IMG/VR virus record: IMGVR_UViG_3300045988_066341
Length of the DNA stretch: 64,000 nucleotides
From: a virus
Reading direction: 5' to 3' (one strand)
In this document: piece after piece, positions 52,841-61,539 of the stretch
Numbering within the stretch: position 1 is the stretch's first letter
How the letters are laid out: every line of letters starts with the position of its first letter
The notes under the pieces: generated by a model
Database searches by the model: none
The model's input: only the letters and a program-made list of their open reading frames with translations
Told to the model about the DNA's origin: nothing
Program-made: the position numbers and the translations under genes

Positions 52841-53560
52841 TTACTCACCTATTCTTACAATACAGTCACGAGACTCCTTGTTGTAGATCATCGTGCCTAC
52901 CTTAGAATACAAGGTCTTTATATTTTGCCAATTATCCTCACCATGAGCGGATACGTTAGTGGGAGCGTCACCGGTATAAACCTCCTCGCCTCCGATATTG
53001 ACAAAATCATATCCACGTTTCTCCATAGAACCGCCCTTATATGCCGTGAACCTGATAGTGACATCACCTTTCTCACGACCACCATACCAGTTACCGTATA
53101 TACTGCATCTGATCTCAAGAGGTAATTTATCATAATTATCACCATCCAACAACGGTCCCATCTGGATCAAAGCTGCCTCATTACCCGATTCCATGTTATC
53201 ACCACCATGGATGAGATAATCACCTACCCGTTCCTGCGTGGTCTGGTACTGTTTACTCCAACCAACCAGCTTGCCGTCAACATCCGGGAGGCCGGTGTTA
53301 TCGAAACCGGTAGCCGTGTCAAAGTCAATGCCGTCCTCGTCAGCCCAGATATACCTAAGCACTAGGTAGTCGAACTCCGGGATAATAACCACCGGGACCG
53401 ACTCCTGCCTGCACACGAACGTCTTCTCCTCCTTGGTGCCTTCTTTTATAACCTTGTACGTAGCCTGACGTATCTCTCCAGTCTCATTGATATCAGCGGT
53501 AACCCTAACCTCAGCAGGTCCGGTACCACTTGTCTTATCTAAATGTATCCAATCAGCCAT
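52841..53560 (-). CDS. BACON/Ig-like N-terminal domain protein, 239 aa
   Basis: LDKTSGTGPAEVRVTADINETGEIRQATYKV..FVCRQ. Confidence 0.55.
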   Translation of the reverse strand: MADWIHLDKTSGTGPAEVRVTADINETGEIRQATYKVIKEGTKEEKTFVCRQESVPVVIIPEFDYLVLRYIWADEDGIDFDTATGFDNTGLPDVDGKLVGWSKQYQTTQERVGDYLIHGGDNMESGNEAALIQMGPLLDGDNYDKLPLEIRCSIYGNWYGGREKGDVTIRFTAYKGGSMEKRGYDFVNIGGEEVYTGDAPTNVSAHGEDNWQNIKTLYSKVGTMIYNKESRDCIVRIGE

Positions 53561-53574
53561 ATCATCGTATTTTG

Positions 53575-54459
53575 TTAAACCAGTTTAATATACTTATCAA
53601 AAGCGTTGGGCCACATACGCTCATAAGACAGCATCCTCCTCCTATTATCCTCAGCCAGCTCCCGGTAATCATTCAAGGTAATCATCGACATCTTAAGCTC
53701 TTTCATGGCCCTAGCGAACTTACCCGGCTCCTGCTGGGCGTATAGTTTATAAGCATCACCAGCCCCTTGTATCAAACCGTTAACGGCGGCGTTCTCGAAG
53801 ATCTTCATCTTGATATACGTCTCGACATAATCCTCAAGATAACCTAACGCCGTTTCAGGTATATACGGGAGACCGTCATCATCCTTGGGTGTAGCACGAT
53901 ATATGATGTAAATAAATCCATCAAACCCAGTATACATAGTATTGCCAGATATAGTTATATCATAATTATCCCAAGCATATTTATCCCGATACTTGTCGGA
54001 GGCGCAATCACGTCTCAACCCACGACCTATAGACAGCCTTACGGGGTGATGGTAATGGAAGCGAACCTCGTGAGACCCGATATATAGCTTCTCCGTGATC
54101 GTCTTCTCAAACTCCTCCTTACAGCACTCCGTGCAGGAGTTCCAACGGAAGCCGCGCTCGGTGCGCTCGACCCAGCCGATCTCGTGTTGGAGGTCAGCCT
54201 TAGCCTTATCGCCCCCCGGAATCTCACAGACAAGAGGCTCACACCTATAGGCGTCAAGCATGTCGAAGAAATCGGAAGGTAATACCGCCTGTTTGTTGCT
54301 GGTCTTGACAATCGCCTCGGACATGACGGCTATAACACCCCCAAACCTTTTTAAAGCGATCTCAGCCCACCTATAAACAGATGAGGTATCTATAGCCCCG
54401 CTATCATCGTATTTATGTAAATCGGCCTTGATCTCGGCCAATAAGCCCTTTATCGTCAT
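53575..54459 (-). CDS. hypothetical virion-module protein, 294 aa
   Basis: ATG 54459 lies 17 nt after a -7 box; the track extension to 54570 crosses a terminator. Confidence 0.65.
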   Translation of the reverse strand: MTIKGLLAEIKADLHKYDDSGAIDTSSVYRWAEIALKRFGGVIAVMSEAIVKTSNKQAVLPSDFFDMLDAYRCEPLVCEIPGGDKAKADLQHEIGWVERTERGFRWNSCTECCKEEFEKTITEKLYIGSHEVRFHYHHPVRLSIGRGLRRDCASDKYRDKYAWDNYDITISGNTMYTGFDGFIYIIYRATPKDDDGLPYIPETALGYLEDYVETYIKMKIFENAAVNGLIQGAGDAYKLYAQQEPGKFARAMKELKMSMITLNDYRELAEDNRRRMLSYERMWPNAFDKYIKLV

Positions 54460-54475
54460 ATTTAAGTCTTTTGCA

Positions 54476-54483
54476 CAAAGATA
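54476..54483 (-). promoter_or_regulatory. -7 box TATCTTTG, class A
   Basis: Followed by TGCAAAAGAC. Confidence 0.6.
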
Positions 54484-54503
54484 TGTATTTGAATCCGTGA
54501 TAC

Positions 54504-54540
54504 AAAAAAAATCCAGTCTACCCTCACGGGCTAACTGGAT
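54504..54540 (-). terminator. intrinsic terminator with a GUGA tetraloop
   Basis: UCCAGU-UAGCCC-GUGA-GGGUAG-ACUGGA followed by U8 on the - strand. Confidence 0.8.
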
Positions 54541-54551
54541 CACAAAAACTT

Positions 54552-55019
54552 CTACAGTTTGTAAACCCATTTAACTCCAAATACCTTACTCTCCGATTCA
54601 ACCTCCCGGTACAAGAACTTATATCTCCTACCTGATTCCATAGCCAACCTACACTCCCTGTTCAACGCCGGAGAAATATAGAGATGGAAATACTTGTTCC
54701 GAGGCATAAAATCAATACACGTATGGACATAAGAATATCCACCCGTTCCACGTCTGTTAATAGTACCGGTAAGCTTATTTAGATATATCTTACGATTAGG
54801 ATTTATCTTATGGCACAGATAACCGATGTTGTTTATATAAACCCCACCCTCATTCTCCAGATACTTATCACGTATGGCCCTCCATATCAAGGACTGGCAT
54901 TCGAGAATATCATTCTTGTCCACGATCGTATGTTTCCTTCTCTTGCCGTTCTTAGACATAATAGATCTATAAAAACGGAGAAAGTACTGATCAAGTATTT
55001 TAAATGACTTTGTTTTCAT
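54552..55019 (-). CDS. hypothetical basic protein, 155 aa
   Basis: ORF track; ATG only 5 nt after the -7 box (possibly leaderless); alternative ATG at 54959. Confidence 0.5.
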   Translation of the reverse strand: MKTKSFKILDQYFLRFYRSIMSKNGKRRKHTIVDKNDILECQSLIWRAIRDKYLENEGGVYINNIGYLCHKINPNRKIYLNKLTGTINRRGTGGYSYVHTCIDFMPRNKYFHLYISPALNRECRLAMESGRRYKFLYREVESESKVFGVKWVYKL

Positions 55020-55023
55020 ATCA

Positions 55024-55031
55024 CAAATATA
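55024..55031 (-). promoter_or_regulatory. -7 box TATATTTG
   Basis: Abuts ATG 55019. Confidence 0.4.
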
Positions 55032-55066
55032 ACGATTTCATCCTAATACAAGAAATTTATACACAA

Positions 55067-55177
55067 AAATATACCGCCTGCACCAAGGACGAGGCAAACA
55101 GAATAGCCGACAGCAACCTACAGTCAGACGGTATCTCTTACGCTAATGGCTTGGCGCAGGCCGATAGATGCGATTGC
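55067..55177. repeat. inverted-repeat arm (copy 1)
   Basis: About 100/111 identical to the reverse complement of 57366-57476 by hand alignment; 43-bp perfect core 55135-55177. Confidence 0.85.
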
Positions 55178-55450
55178 CTCGAAACATGGAGCGCTTACGC
55201 TAGCGGAAGTTTTAATGGACAATGCTTAAGTATATCCGTAAGTTATGATAATCCATGTGGTAAATCTAAAACAGCATCATTTGATGTATATTATACTAGA
55301 TCTGAACCATCTGGAGATGTAGAATATTTCTCTACCACTAAAACAGTCACCATACCATCCGGATCGGGAACGGTATCAGGCGGAAGTGATTGTGTTAGCA
55401 ATGCTACAAGCATGTATGTATCTAATCCAAGTCAAGGTGGAGGCTGTTAA
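55067..55450 (+). other. silent alternative C-terminal cassette 1 for the 1487-aa repeat protein
   Basis: A 111-bp arm (55067-55177) is the inverted copy of 57366-57476. It continues in frame into a divergent ~90-aa tip ending ..SQGGGC*. No + strand promoter box seen. Confidence 0.7.
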
Positions 55451-55454
55451 AAAC

Positions 55455-55486
55455 AAAAAGGAGAGGTTGATTATCCTCTCCTTTTT
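55455..55486. terminator. palindromic hairpin AAAAAGGAGAGG-N8-CCTCTCCTTTTT
   Basis: 5 nt after the cassette 1 stop; a near-identical copy lies at 57027-57058. Confidence 0.7.
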
Positions 55487-55757
55487 ATATAAACCTAAGA
55501 TCTTTTCTATTAGTATGATTTAATATCCTACTAATATGTCTGGTACTTAATCCCGTTCTTTCCTTTATCTTATCATAGATATAACCCTTGGATACGTAAG
55601 CTGATATATCCCCAAGATCCTTTATGATCTTGTCATACATATCGTGCACCTCATTATATCTTATGATAGAGCTGTCTCTCATCCCTCTTTCGCCTATACC
55701 GTCAACTATGGCGTCATTGAAACCAAAGAAATTGATTATTGATCTTATTAGATTCAT
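55485..55757 (-). CDS. small helix-turn-helix protein, 90 aa
   Basis: C-terminal IKERTGLSTRHISRILNH; ATG 55757 lies 1 nt after the upstream stop. Confidence 0.5.
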   Translation of the reverse strand: MNLIRSIINFFGFNDAIVDGIGERGMRDSSIIRYNEVHDMYDKIIKDLGDISAYVSKGYIYDKIKERTGLSTRHISRILNHTNRKDLRFI

Positions 55758-55758
55758 G

Positions 55759-56454
55759 TTATTGAATTTTTTGTGTTTTCTTATTAATATCCATATCCGG
55801 GTTCTCATCCGTAGGGATCTGCAATTTGGTTACAGTTTCCCTTAATGTTTCGGAAACCACATATTCAAGAAGTTTGTCTGGGCATATGAAATCATAATCC
55901 CATTGAGATGTACATGGCTTATCTTTTTCAGCTCCACATCCCCCTAGCTCTAACGCCGCTTTTCTGTCGAGAGTTATAAGATCAACATTTATAGCCTCTA
56001 TGTTAATATCTGGTATATAGATATATCCATCATTGACATAATAATAGTATTGATCTATATTCCCGTATTTACGTTCCTTGTTGTTAGCGTATTTTCTTAA
56101 CGATATGGAGGTAAATATAATATCATCCATGATATTTGATACTTTGATGATAGCCGGACCTATACGGGTATATATCATATCGGGCAATCTTTTCTTGGAT
56201 CTCATAAGTATCCTGCATAGTTTAAACTCATCAAAACAACAATCAATTTTCCGAACCCTCTCCATCTCCATGCAATTGATATGAGTATACAGTGATTCCT
56301 CGCCGAACAAGGTTCCATCAGCATACTTCTGGGCTATATATGATCTTGCCTTTTGTCTTCCTATGGATAATATCCATCTCCTACTGACATGAGCGTCCTT
56401 ATTGATGGAGTTCATATCATTTATGATTCTAGATACAAATTCTGAATTTTTCAT
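55759..56454 (-). CDS. hypothetical virion-module protein, 231 aa
   Basis: ORF track. Confidence 0.6.
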   Translation of the reverse strand: MKNSEFVSRIINDMNSINKDAHVSRRWILSIGRQKARSYIAQKYADGTLFGEESLYTHINCMEMERVRKIDCCFDEFKLCRILMRSKKRLPDMIYTRIGPAIIKVSNIMDDIIFTSISLRKYANNKERKYGNIDQYYYYVNDGYIYIPDINIEAINVDLITLDRKAALELGGCGAEKDKPCTSQWDYDFICPDKLLEYVVSETLRETVTKLQIPTDENPDMDINKKTQKIQ

Positions 56455-56492
56455 ATGCTAAATACTGAGGAGGGGATATACCCCTCCGGTTA

Positions 56493-56594
56493 TTACTTCT
56501 TTTTCTTAACCTTGCCTCCACATTTCAGTTGAGGTTTCTTTTTCTCGGAGACCTTGCCTCCATTAGCCATTTTCTTTTTCTTATTGCAAGCCAT
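56493..56594 (-). CDS. possible 33-aa Lys-rich peptide
   Basis: Hand translation MACNKKKKMANGGKVSEKKKPQLKCGGKVKKKK*; followed by hairpin GGAGGGG-TATAT-CCCCTCC. Confidence 0.35.
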   Translation of the reverse strand: MACNKKKKMANGGKVSEKKKPQLKCGGKVKKKK

Positions 56595-56682
56595 AACTTA
56601 ATGTATTAATATTAACGATACAATATTAATGATTTTAATTAATAGATAAACAATACGCATTGAATAAGCTAAATTCACATCA

Positions 56683-57011
56683 AGTCAGACGGCACCTCTT
56701 ACGCTAATGGCTTGGCGCAGGCGGATAGATGTGATTGTCCACAAAATTGGAGTGCCAACGTGGTAGACTACAGTGAAAGCGGAAGTTGTATTAACTTTAC
56801 TGTGGAATACAGTAATCCGTGTAGTTCCAGCAAAACCATAACAGTGACAGGAGGAGCGGAAGCGAATACCTCCACGGGTATGGAGATGACCACTAGTACT
56901 ACGGTTACGATAGGTACTGGTAGTGGATCTACTAGTGGTAGAATGTGTTTTCAAGCGGCCATAAGACCAGGAACGGCGCATGCGGCTTGTACCACAGGTG
57001 GACAATGCTGA
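56683..57011 (+). other. silent alternative C-terminal cassette 2 for the 1487-aa repeat protein
   Basis: The 56683-56737 arm (40-bp perfect core 56683-56722) is the inverted copy of 57382-57421. It continues in frame into a tip ending ..TTGGQC*. Confidence 0.7.
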
Positions 57012-57026
57012 TAATGTATATACAAT

Positions 57027-57058
57027 AAAAAGGAGAGGTTAGTTAGCCTCTCCTTTTT
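57027..57058. terminator. palindromic, bidirectional hairpin shared by cassette 2 and the expressed gene
   Basis: AAAAAGGAGAGG-N8-CCTCTCCTTTTT lies between the two tail-to-tail stops (57011 and 57075). Confidence 0.75.
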
Positions 57059-57074
57059 ATTATATATCAGACTC

Positions 57075-60000
57075 TTAACATTGACCACCAGCTCTTCCAC
57101 TTATATTGATAGAATTACATGGATATCCACGATCAAAAGATATCGTGGCCTTTTTAGTGCCTGATCCAGTAGGTATAGTTACTGTCGTACTCCCGATAGT
57201 AGTTCCTGAGCTTGAGGCTGTTACCGTCAAACTCTTCTGCGTAGTACATTCATTACTATACGTAATCTCGACCTCTACTCTTAGCGCTGAAGTGCCCGAA
57301 GGAGCGCCATTGCAAGGATCACCATCGGCATAAGCGTTGGCTGACCAATTCTTCGTTGGCTCCACGCAATCGCATCTATCGGCCTGCGCCAAGCCATTAG
57401 CGTAAGAGGTGCCGTCTGACTGTAGGTTATTGTCGGCTATCCTATTTGCCTCGTCCTTGGTACAAGCCTCATATTTACCAGCGATTTGCTTATAACTGAT
57501 AGTCTTAGGAGTACAGTTGCTAGGACAGTTCGTGGCCTTGACATTTCCCCATCGGTCATCATTGCCAACCTTAGAAGGGCATGTCTTAGCATTAACAAGA
57601 ATCTGAAGAGCCTCCTTAGCGCTAGAATAAGCATCATAAGCGGCGCTAGACGCATCTTTAGCCGTGCTCCTGCAATATTCTCCGGCAGAAACAACCTTCA
57701 TAGGGCTACTAGGAGCGCATACATCACCACATTCGCCCGAACATCCCTTACATACCTCATTGGTATAGATAGTGTAGTCATATGGATTACAACAATGCTC
57801 ACCGCCATTCTGCCAATATCCCGTAGGATCACACTCGCTAGAATAATGCTCCTCGCTATTACCATTATTACACCTGCTATTATCCATACGGTATGTATTA
57901 TCACATCCGCATCCACAAGATCTTGAATCGGACTCAACCAACTCATCTTGATCTAAGGCTGAAGAACAAGGATTGGTCTGATTCCTACTCCTACGATAAT
58001 CGCATCCACTACAATAATAATTCCAATCATCATAAGATGGGGTATCATCGTCATCTGCGCAATCACCATTCTTGTTAGCGTAAGCCTGAGCGGCGGTCTT
58101 AGTCGCCGTATCATTCTTGAAAGCGTTTTGAACCTTGCTGTCGGCATCCGCCTGAGATACGGTAGATGTCAACGCTGACAATCCTAAGGCACTATAAGGA
58201 ACGGATAGAGCGACACCATGTTTACATGTACCACAATTATCCTTATAGAACGTAGCGCTTCCAGTACCGGTCCACACACAAGTGCCATGCTGGTTAGCGT
58301 AATCCTGTCCTCTCTGGTCTAGGATCTGCTCTGCCTTGCTCCTGGCATCAGCCAAAGAAACCTTGCTGGTGATAGGCGTACCGCCGTTGGCTTGCGTAGA
58401 GGTCACCGTTATTCTCTGACCAACCCCGCTTCCGGCGCAATTGTTCTTATAGAAGTCACGGCTTGCCACGTAAGTCCAAGTACATCCACCGTTCTTATTG
58501 GCGTAGTTCTGTCCATCGGCTCCACGAACAGCATTCTCGGCCTTCTTATTAGCGTCAGCCAAAGATATGTTGGAGGTATACGGATGTCCCGGCAGCCTGT
58601 CGCTACTTACGGATACCATGTCGCCTACGCCGCCATCAGCGCAATTGTTCTTCTGAACCTGACCGGTATAGCTTCCTGTCCAAGTACAAGTGCCCTTCGA
58701 GTTGGCCACGGCCTGACCCTGAGAGTTCACGGCGGCCAATGCCTTGGCGTTAGCGTCAGCTTGGGATACACATGACTTAAACTTACCATCAGAGCTAGGA
58801 CTTGGATCCGTAACATCATTCTGAGTTACGGTAACAGAGCTTCCAACTCCACCATCCGCACATTGACGGGTAAAGGCCTTGGATGCCGTACCAAACCAGA
58901 AACATGTATTATTACCACCAGCTATATACCGCTCTTGATTATCAGGATCAGTATAACAGGTATTGGTGTTACGTTGATGTAACTGAGAGATACAGTCCTT
59001 ACATACAGTCTCTATAGTCTCCCATACCGGTTGCTCGGTCTTCGTATGGCACGTATCATCGTAGTTCTTGTTGACGAACGCCTGACCCATTCTGTCGATA
59101 TAGGCCTTAGCCAAAGCGTCTGCCTCTTCCTGAGAACGGGTTGAGGTGAAGAACTGACCCATAAGATCCGGGGTTACGGTAATAGGATCAGCGTACTGAC
59201 AAGTAGGACATTTAGGAGTGAACTCCTTGCTATAATTACCTACATATATCTTCAGCTCATCACAAGTACCACGATCATTGGCTATAGCCTGACCTTGCGC
59301 CTTGACAGCGGCCTTGGCAAGCTCATCGGCGGCGAACTGGCTCTCATAAGAATAGAACGGACCACCAGTGACATCAGCCTCCGTAACGTTAACAGATGAA
59401 GGTATCAATCCGGATGGACAATTATTCTTCTCGAACACCTCACTATAATGACCGGTGTACTTAGGAGCCTCATGGCAAGTACCACGCTCATCGGCAACCC
59501 TCTGTCCTTGATTCATGACAGCGGCCATAGCCACCAAGTTAGCCTCATCCTGCGATACGCAAGACTGGAACGGATGACCATCGACCATATCCTGTGTCAC
59601 GGTGAACGGATCTCCTATCTGATTAGCTCCACAATTGCTCTTAGTGAACTCGAAGCTAGCCCTACCGGTATACATAGTAGCGTCAGAACAAGTACCCCTG
59701 GTGTTAGCCAAAGCCTGTCCTTGAGCCTGTACGGCGGTCATGGCCATAGCGTCAGCGGCGGTCTGGGAGTCGTTAGACTGGAATGGGTGTCCTTCTACCA
59801 TATCTTGGGAGATCGTCACCTTAGATCCGATCTTACACTCACCACAGTTGTTTCTCGTGAACTCCAAGGAAGCACGGCCGGTGTACGTACAAAGGGCGTG
59901 GATATTGGCAAGGGCCTGTCCTTGGGCGTCAACGGCGGCCTTGGCCTTATTATTGGCATCCTCCTGAGATACGGTAGACGTGAACGGATAACCGTCAACC

Positions 60001-61538
60001 ATCCTATCATTTACCGTATAAGTACCACCAGTGCCAGTACCACAATTGTTACGGGTAAACGTACGTGTATAAGTACCGGTATATACAGGCACCTTCTCGC
60101 ACTTACCTTTCACGTTAGCCACATCCTGACCTTGAGCCTCGACGGCGGCCTTAGCCTTATTGTTGGCGTCTTCCTGAGATACGGTAGACCTGAAATCCCC
60201 TGTCACCATAGTCTCATCCACGGTAACCTTGGTTCCGTACTGAGTCTTATCGCAATTGTTTCTGGTAAATTCCTTGCTATACTTACCGTAGTAGATCGTC
60301 TTCTCCTTACACTCACCTTCTAGGTTGGCTTGTTGCTGGGCGTTAGCCTCAAGATCAGCCTTAGCCTTATCATCAGCGTCCTTCTGGGAGATAATAGAGA
60401 AGTACTTACCAGCGGAAACGACATAAGTATAAGGTTGACCGATATGGAACTCATCACAATTATTTCTCGTGACTGTCTTCTCCATCCTTACGTTATAGTA
60501 TACGTTAGTCTGACAGTCGCCACGCTCGTTGGTGATAGCCTGACCTTGCGCCTCGACAGCGTCCTGCGCCAGCTTGTTGGCGGCATCCTGCGATACCGTA
60601 GAAGTGAACGGATATCCAGAACACATCTTCTCGTCCACAGTGAAGTCAACAGGAGTAGAACCCTCAGGGCAGTTGGTTCTCTGGAATACCTTGGAGTACG
60701 ATCCGGTAAATACCGGTATCTTCTCACAGTTACCCTTGATATTCGCTATATCCTGACCTTGAGCCTCGACAGCAGCCCTTGCTAGGCTATTAGCGTCTTC
60801 CTGAGACACGATGGATCTGAAGTCTCCCGTAACCATCGTCTCGTTAACAACCACATCCGTACCGTATTGGGTGGAATCACAATTGTTACGGGTAAAGGTC
60901 TTGCTAAACTTACCATAATAGATATTCTCCTTAGGCTTACACTCACCCTCCAAATTGGCTTGTTGTTGACCGTTCTTCTCAATGTCCTCAATAGCCTTCC
61001 TATCGGCGTCCTCCTGAGAGATGGAAGATACGTACTTTCCCTCAGGAATGATATAAACATATTCCTGACCGTCACTGAACTTATCGCAATTATTACGTAT
61101 AAACGTCTTTCTCTGCTCCTCGTTATACCAGATATCAGTTATACACTCACCATGCTCGTTGGCGTATTTCTGACCGTTCAGGGCTATATCCTCCATAGCC
61201 TTGGCGTCTGCGTCCTCCTGCGAGATAAACGACTTGTAAGTCCTTTCCTCGACCGTATACAACACCACCGATCCATGCTGGTTGGCCAGACAGTCGTCCT
61301 TAGTGAACGGCTGAACCATCTTGATATTATAATAAACGGGCTTGGCGTCCTGAGCTATCATATACTCCTTGACAATATTACCGTCCTTTGACGTTATACG
61401 GAACTTAGCCGTACAGATCTGACCGGTATAATTAGCCTTGTATACGATATTAAGCTTATTATCGCCTACCCCATGGCTCTTGTCGTTAATGGCAAAGCAA
61501 TTACCCTCGACACAATTCTTATCTATTTCCCTTGCCAT
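57075..61538 (-). CDS. 1487-aa repeat protein (putative fibre/adhesin): BACON-like N-terminus, ~15 tandem Cys-bracketed repeats, Cys-rich spacer, exchangeable C-terminal tip
   Basis: Uninterrupted ORF; recurring F(T/Y)(R/K)NNC ... SQ(E/A)DA(D/N).KA ... GQ..AN..G.C units. Confidence 0.85.
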   Translation of the reverse strand: MAREIDKNCVEGNCFAINDKSHGVGDNKLNIVYKANYTGQICTAKFRITSKDGNIVKEYMIAQDAKPVYYNIKMVQPFTKDDCLANQHGSVVLYTVEERTYKSFISQEDADAKAMEDIALNGQKYANEHGECITDIWYNEEQRKTFIRNNCDKFSDGQEYVYIIPEGKYVSSISQEDADRKAIEDIEKNGQQQANLEGECKPKENIYYGKFSKTFTRNNCDSTQYGTDVVVNETMVTGDFRSIVSQEDANSLARAAVEAQGQDIANIKGNCEKIPVFTGSYSKVFQRTNCPEGSTPVDFTVDEKMCSGYPFTSTVSQDAANKLAQDAVEAQGQAITNERGDCQTNVYYNVRMEKTVTRNNCDEFHIGQPYTYVVSAGKYFSIISQKDADDKAKADLEANAQQQANLEGECKEKTIYYGKYSKEFTRNNCDKTQYGTKVTVDETMVTGDFRSTVSQEDANNKAKAAVEAQGQDVANVKGKCEKVPVYTGTYTRTFTRNNCGTGTGGTYTVNDRMVDGYPFTSTVSQEDANNKAKAAVDAQGQALANIHALCTYTGRASLEFTRNNCGECKIGSKVTISQDMVEGHPFQSNDSQTAADAMAMTAVQAQGQALANTRGTCSDATMYTGRASFEFTKSNCGANQIGDPFTVTQDMVDGHPFQSCVSQDEANLVAMAAVMNQGQRVADERGTCHEAPKYTGHYSEVFEKNNCPSGLIPSSVNVTEADVTGGPFYSYESQFAADELAKAAVKAQGQAIANDRGTCDELKIYVGNYSKEFTPKCPTCQYADPITVTPDLMGQFFTSTRSQEEADALAKAYIDRMGQAFVNKNYDDTCHTKTEQPVWETIETVCKDCISQLHQRNTNTCYTDPDNQERYIAGGNNTCFWFGTASKAFTRQCADGGVGSSVTVTQNDVTDPSPSSDGKFKSCVSQADANAKALAAVNSQGQAVANSKGTCTWTGSYTGQVQKNNCADGGVGDMVSVSSDRLPGHPYTSNISLADANKKAENAVRGADGQNYANKNGGCTWTYVASRDFYKNNCAGSGVGQRITVTSTQANGGTPITSKVSLADARSKAEQILDQRGQDYANQHGTCVWTGTGSATFYKDNCGTCKHGVALSVPYSALGLSALTSTVSQADADSKVQNAFKNDTATKTAAQAYANKNGDCADDDDTPSYDDWNYYCSGCDYRRSRNQTNPCSSALDQDELVESDSRSCGCGCDNTYRMDNSRCNNGNSEEHYSSECDPTGYWQNGGEHCCNPYDYTIYTNEVCKGCSGECGDVCAPSSPMKVVSAGEYCRSTAKDASSAAYDAYSSAKEALQILVNAKTCPSKVGNDDRWGNVKATNCPSNCTPKTISYKQIAGKYEACTKDEANRIADNNLQSDGTSYANGLAQADRCDCVEPTKNWSANAYADGDPCNGAPSGTSALRVEVEITYSNECTTQKSLTVTASSSGTTIGSTTVTIPTGSGTKKATISFDRGYPCNSINISGRAGGQC
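57366..57476. repeat. inverted-repeat arm inside the expressed gene (codons K1355-C1391)
   Basis: Partner of 55067-55177 and, over 57382-57436, of 56683-56737. Confidence 0.85.
58059..61316 (-). repeat. ~15 tandem 67-71-aa (about 200-213 bp) coding repeats with a higher-order 3-unit duplication
   Basis: SQ signature at residues 106, 174, 245, 316, 384, 454, 524, 591, 662, 733, 802, 925, 992, 1061 and 1128; units 2-4 resemble units 5-7. Confidence 0.85.
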
Positions 61539-61539
61539 A

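Noticed and set aside
55004-55450. Track ORFs 55004-55450 and 56712-57011 as ordinary independent + strand genes
   Set aside because: Their only family-like sequence begins exactly at the homology arm with the 1487-aa gene. The upstream part of 55004-55450 is the reverse complement of another gene's start and promoter. No + strand TAnnTTTG box precedes either one.
55067-57476. Diversity-generating retroelement (template/variable repeat pair) as the explanation for the repeated fibre segments
   Set aside because: No reverse transcriptase is in the window. The repeated part is the conserved segment, and the differences are not adenine-specific. The divergent tips are not alignable at the DNA level. 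The copies are inverted and end in their own stop codons and terminators.
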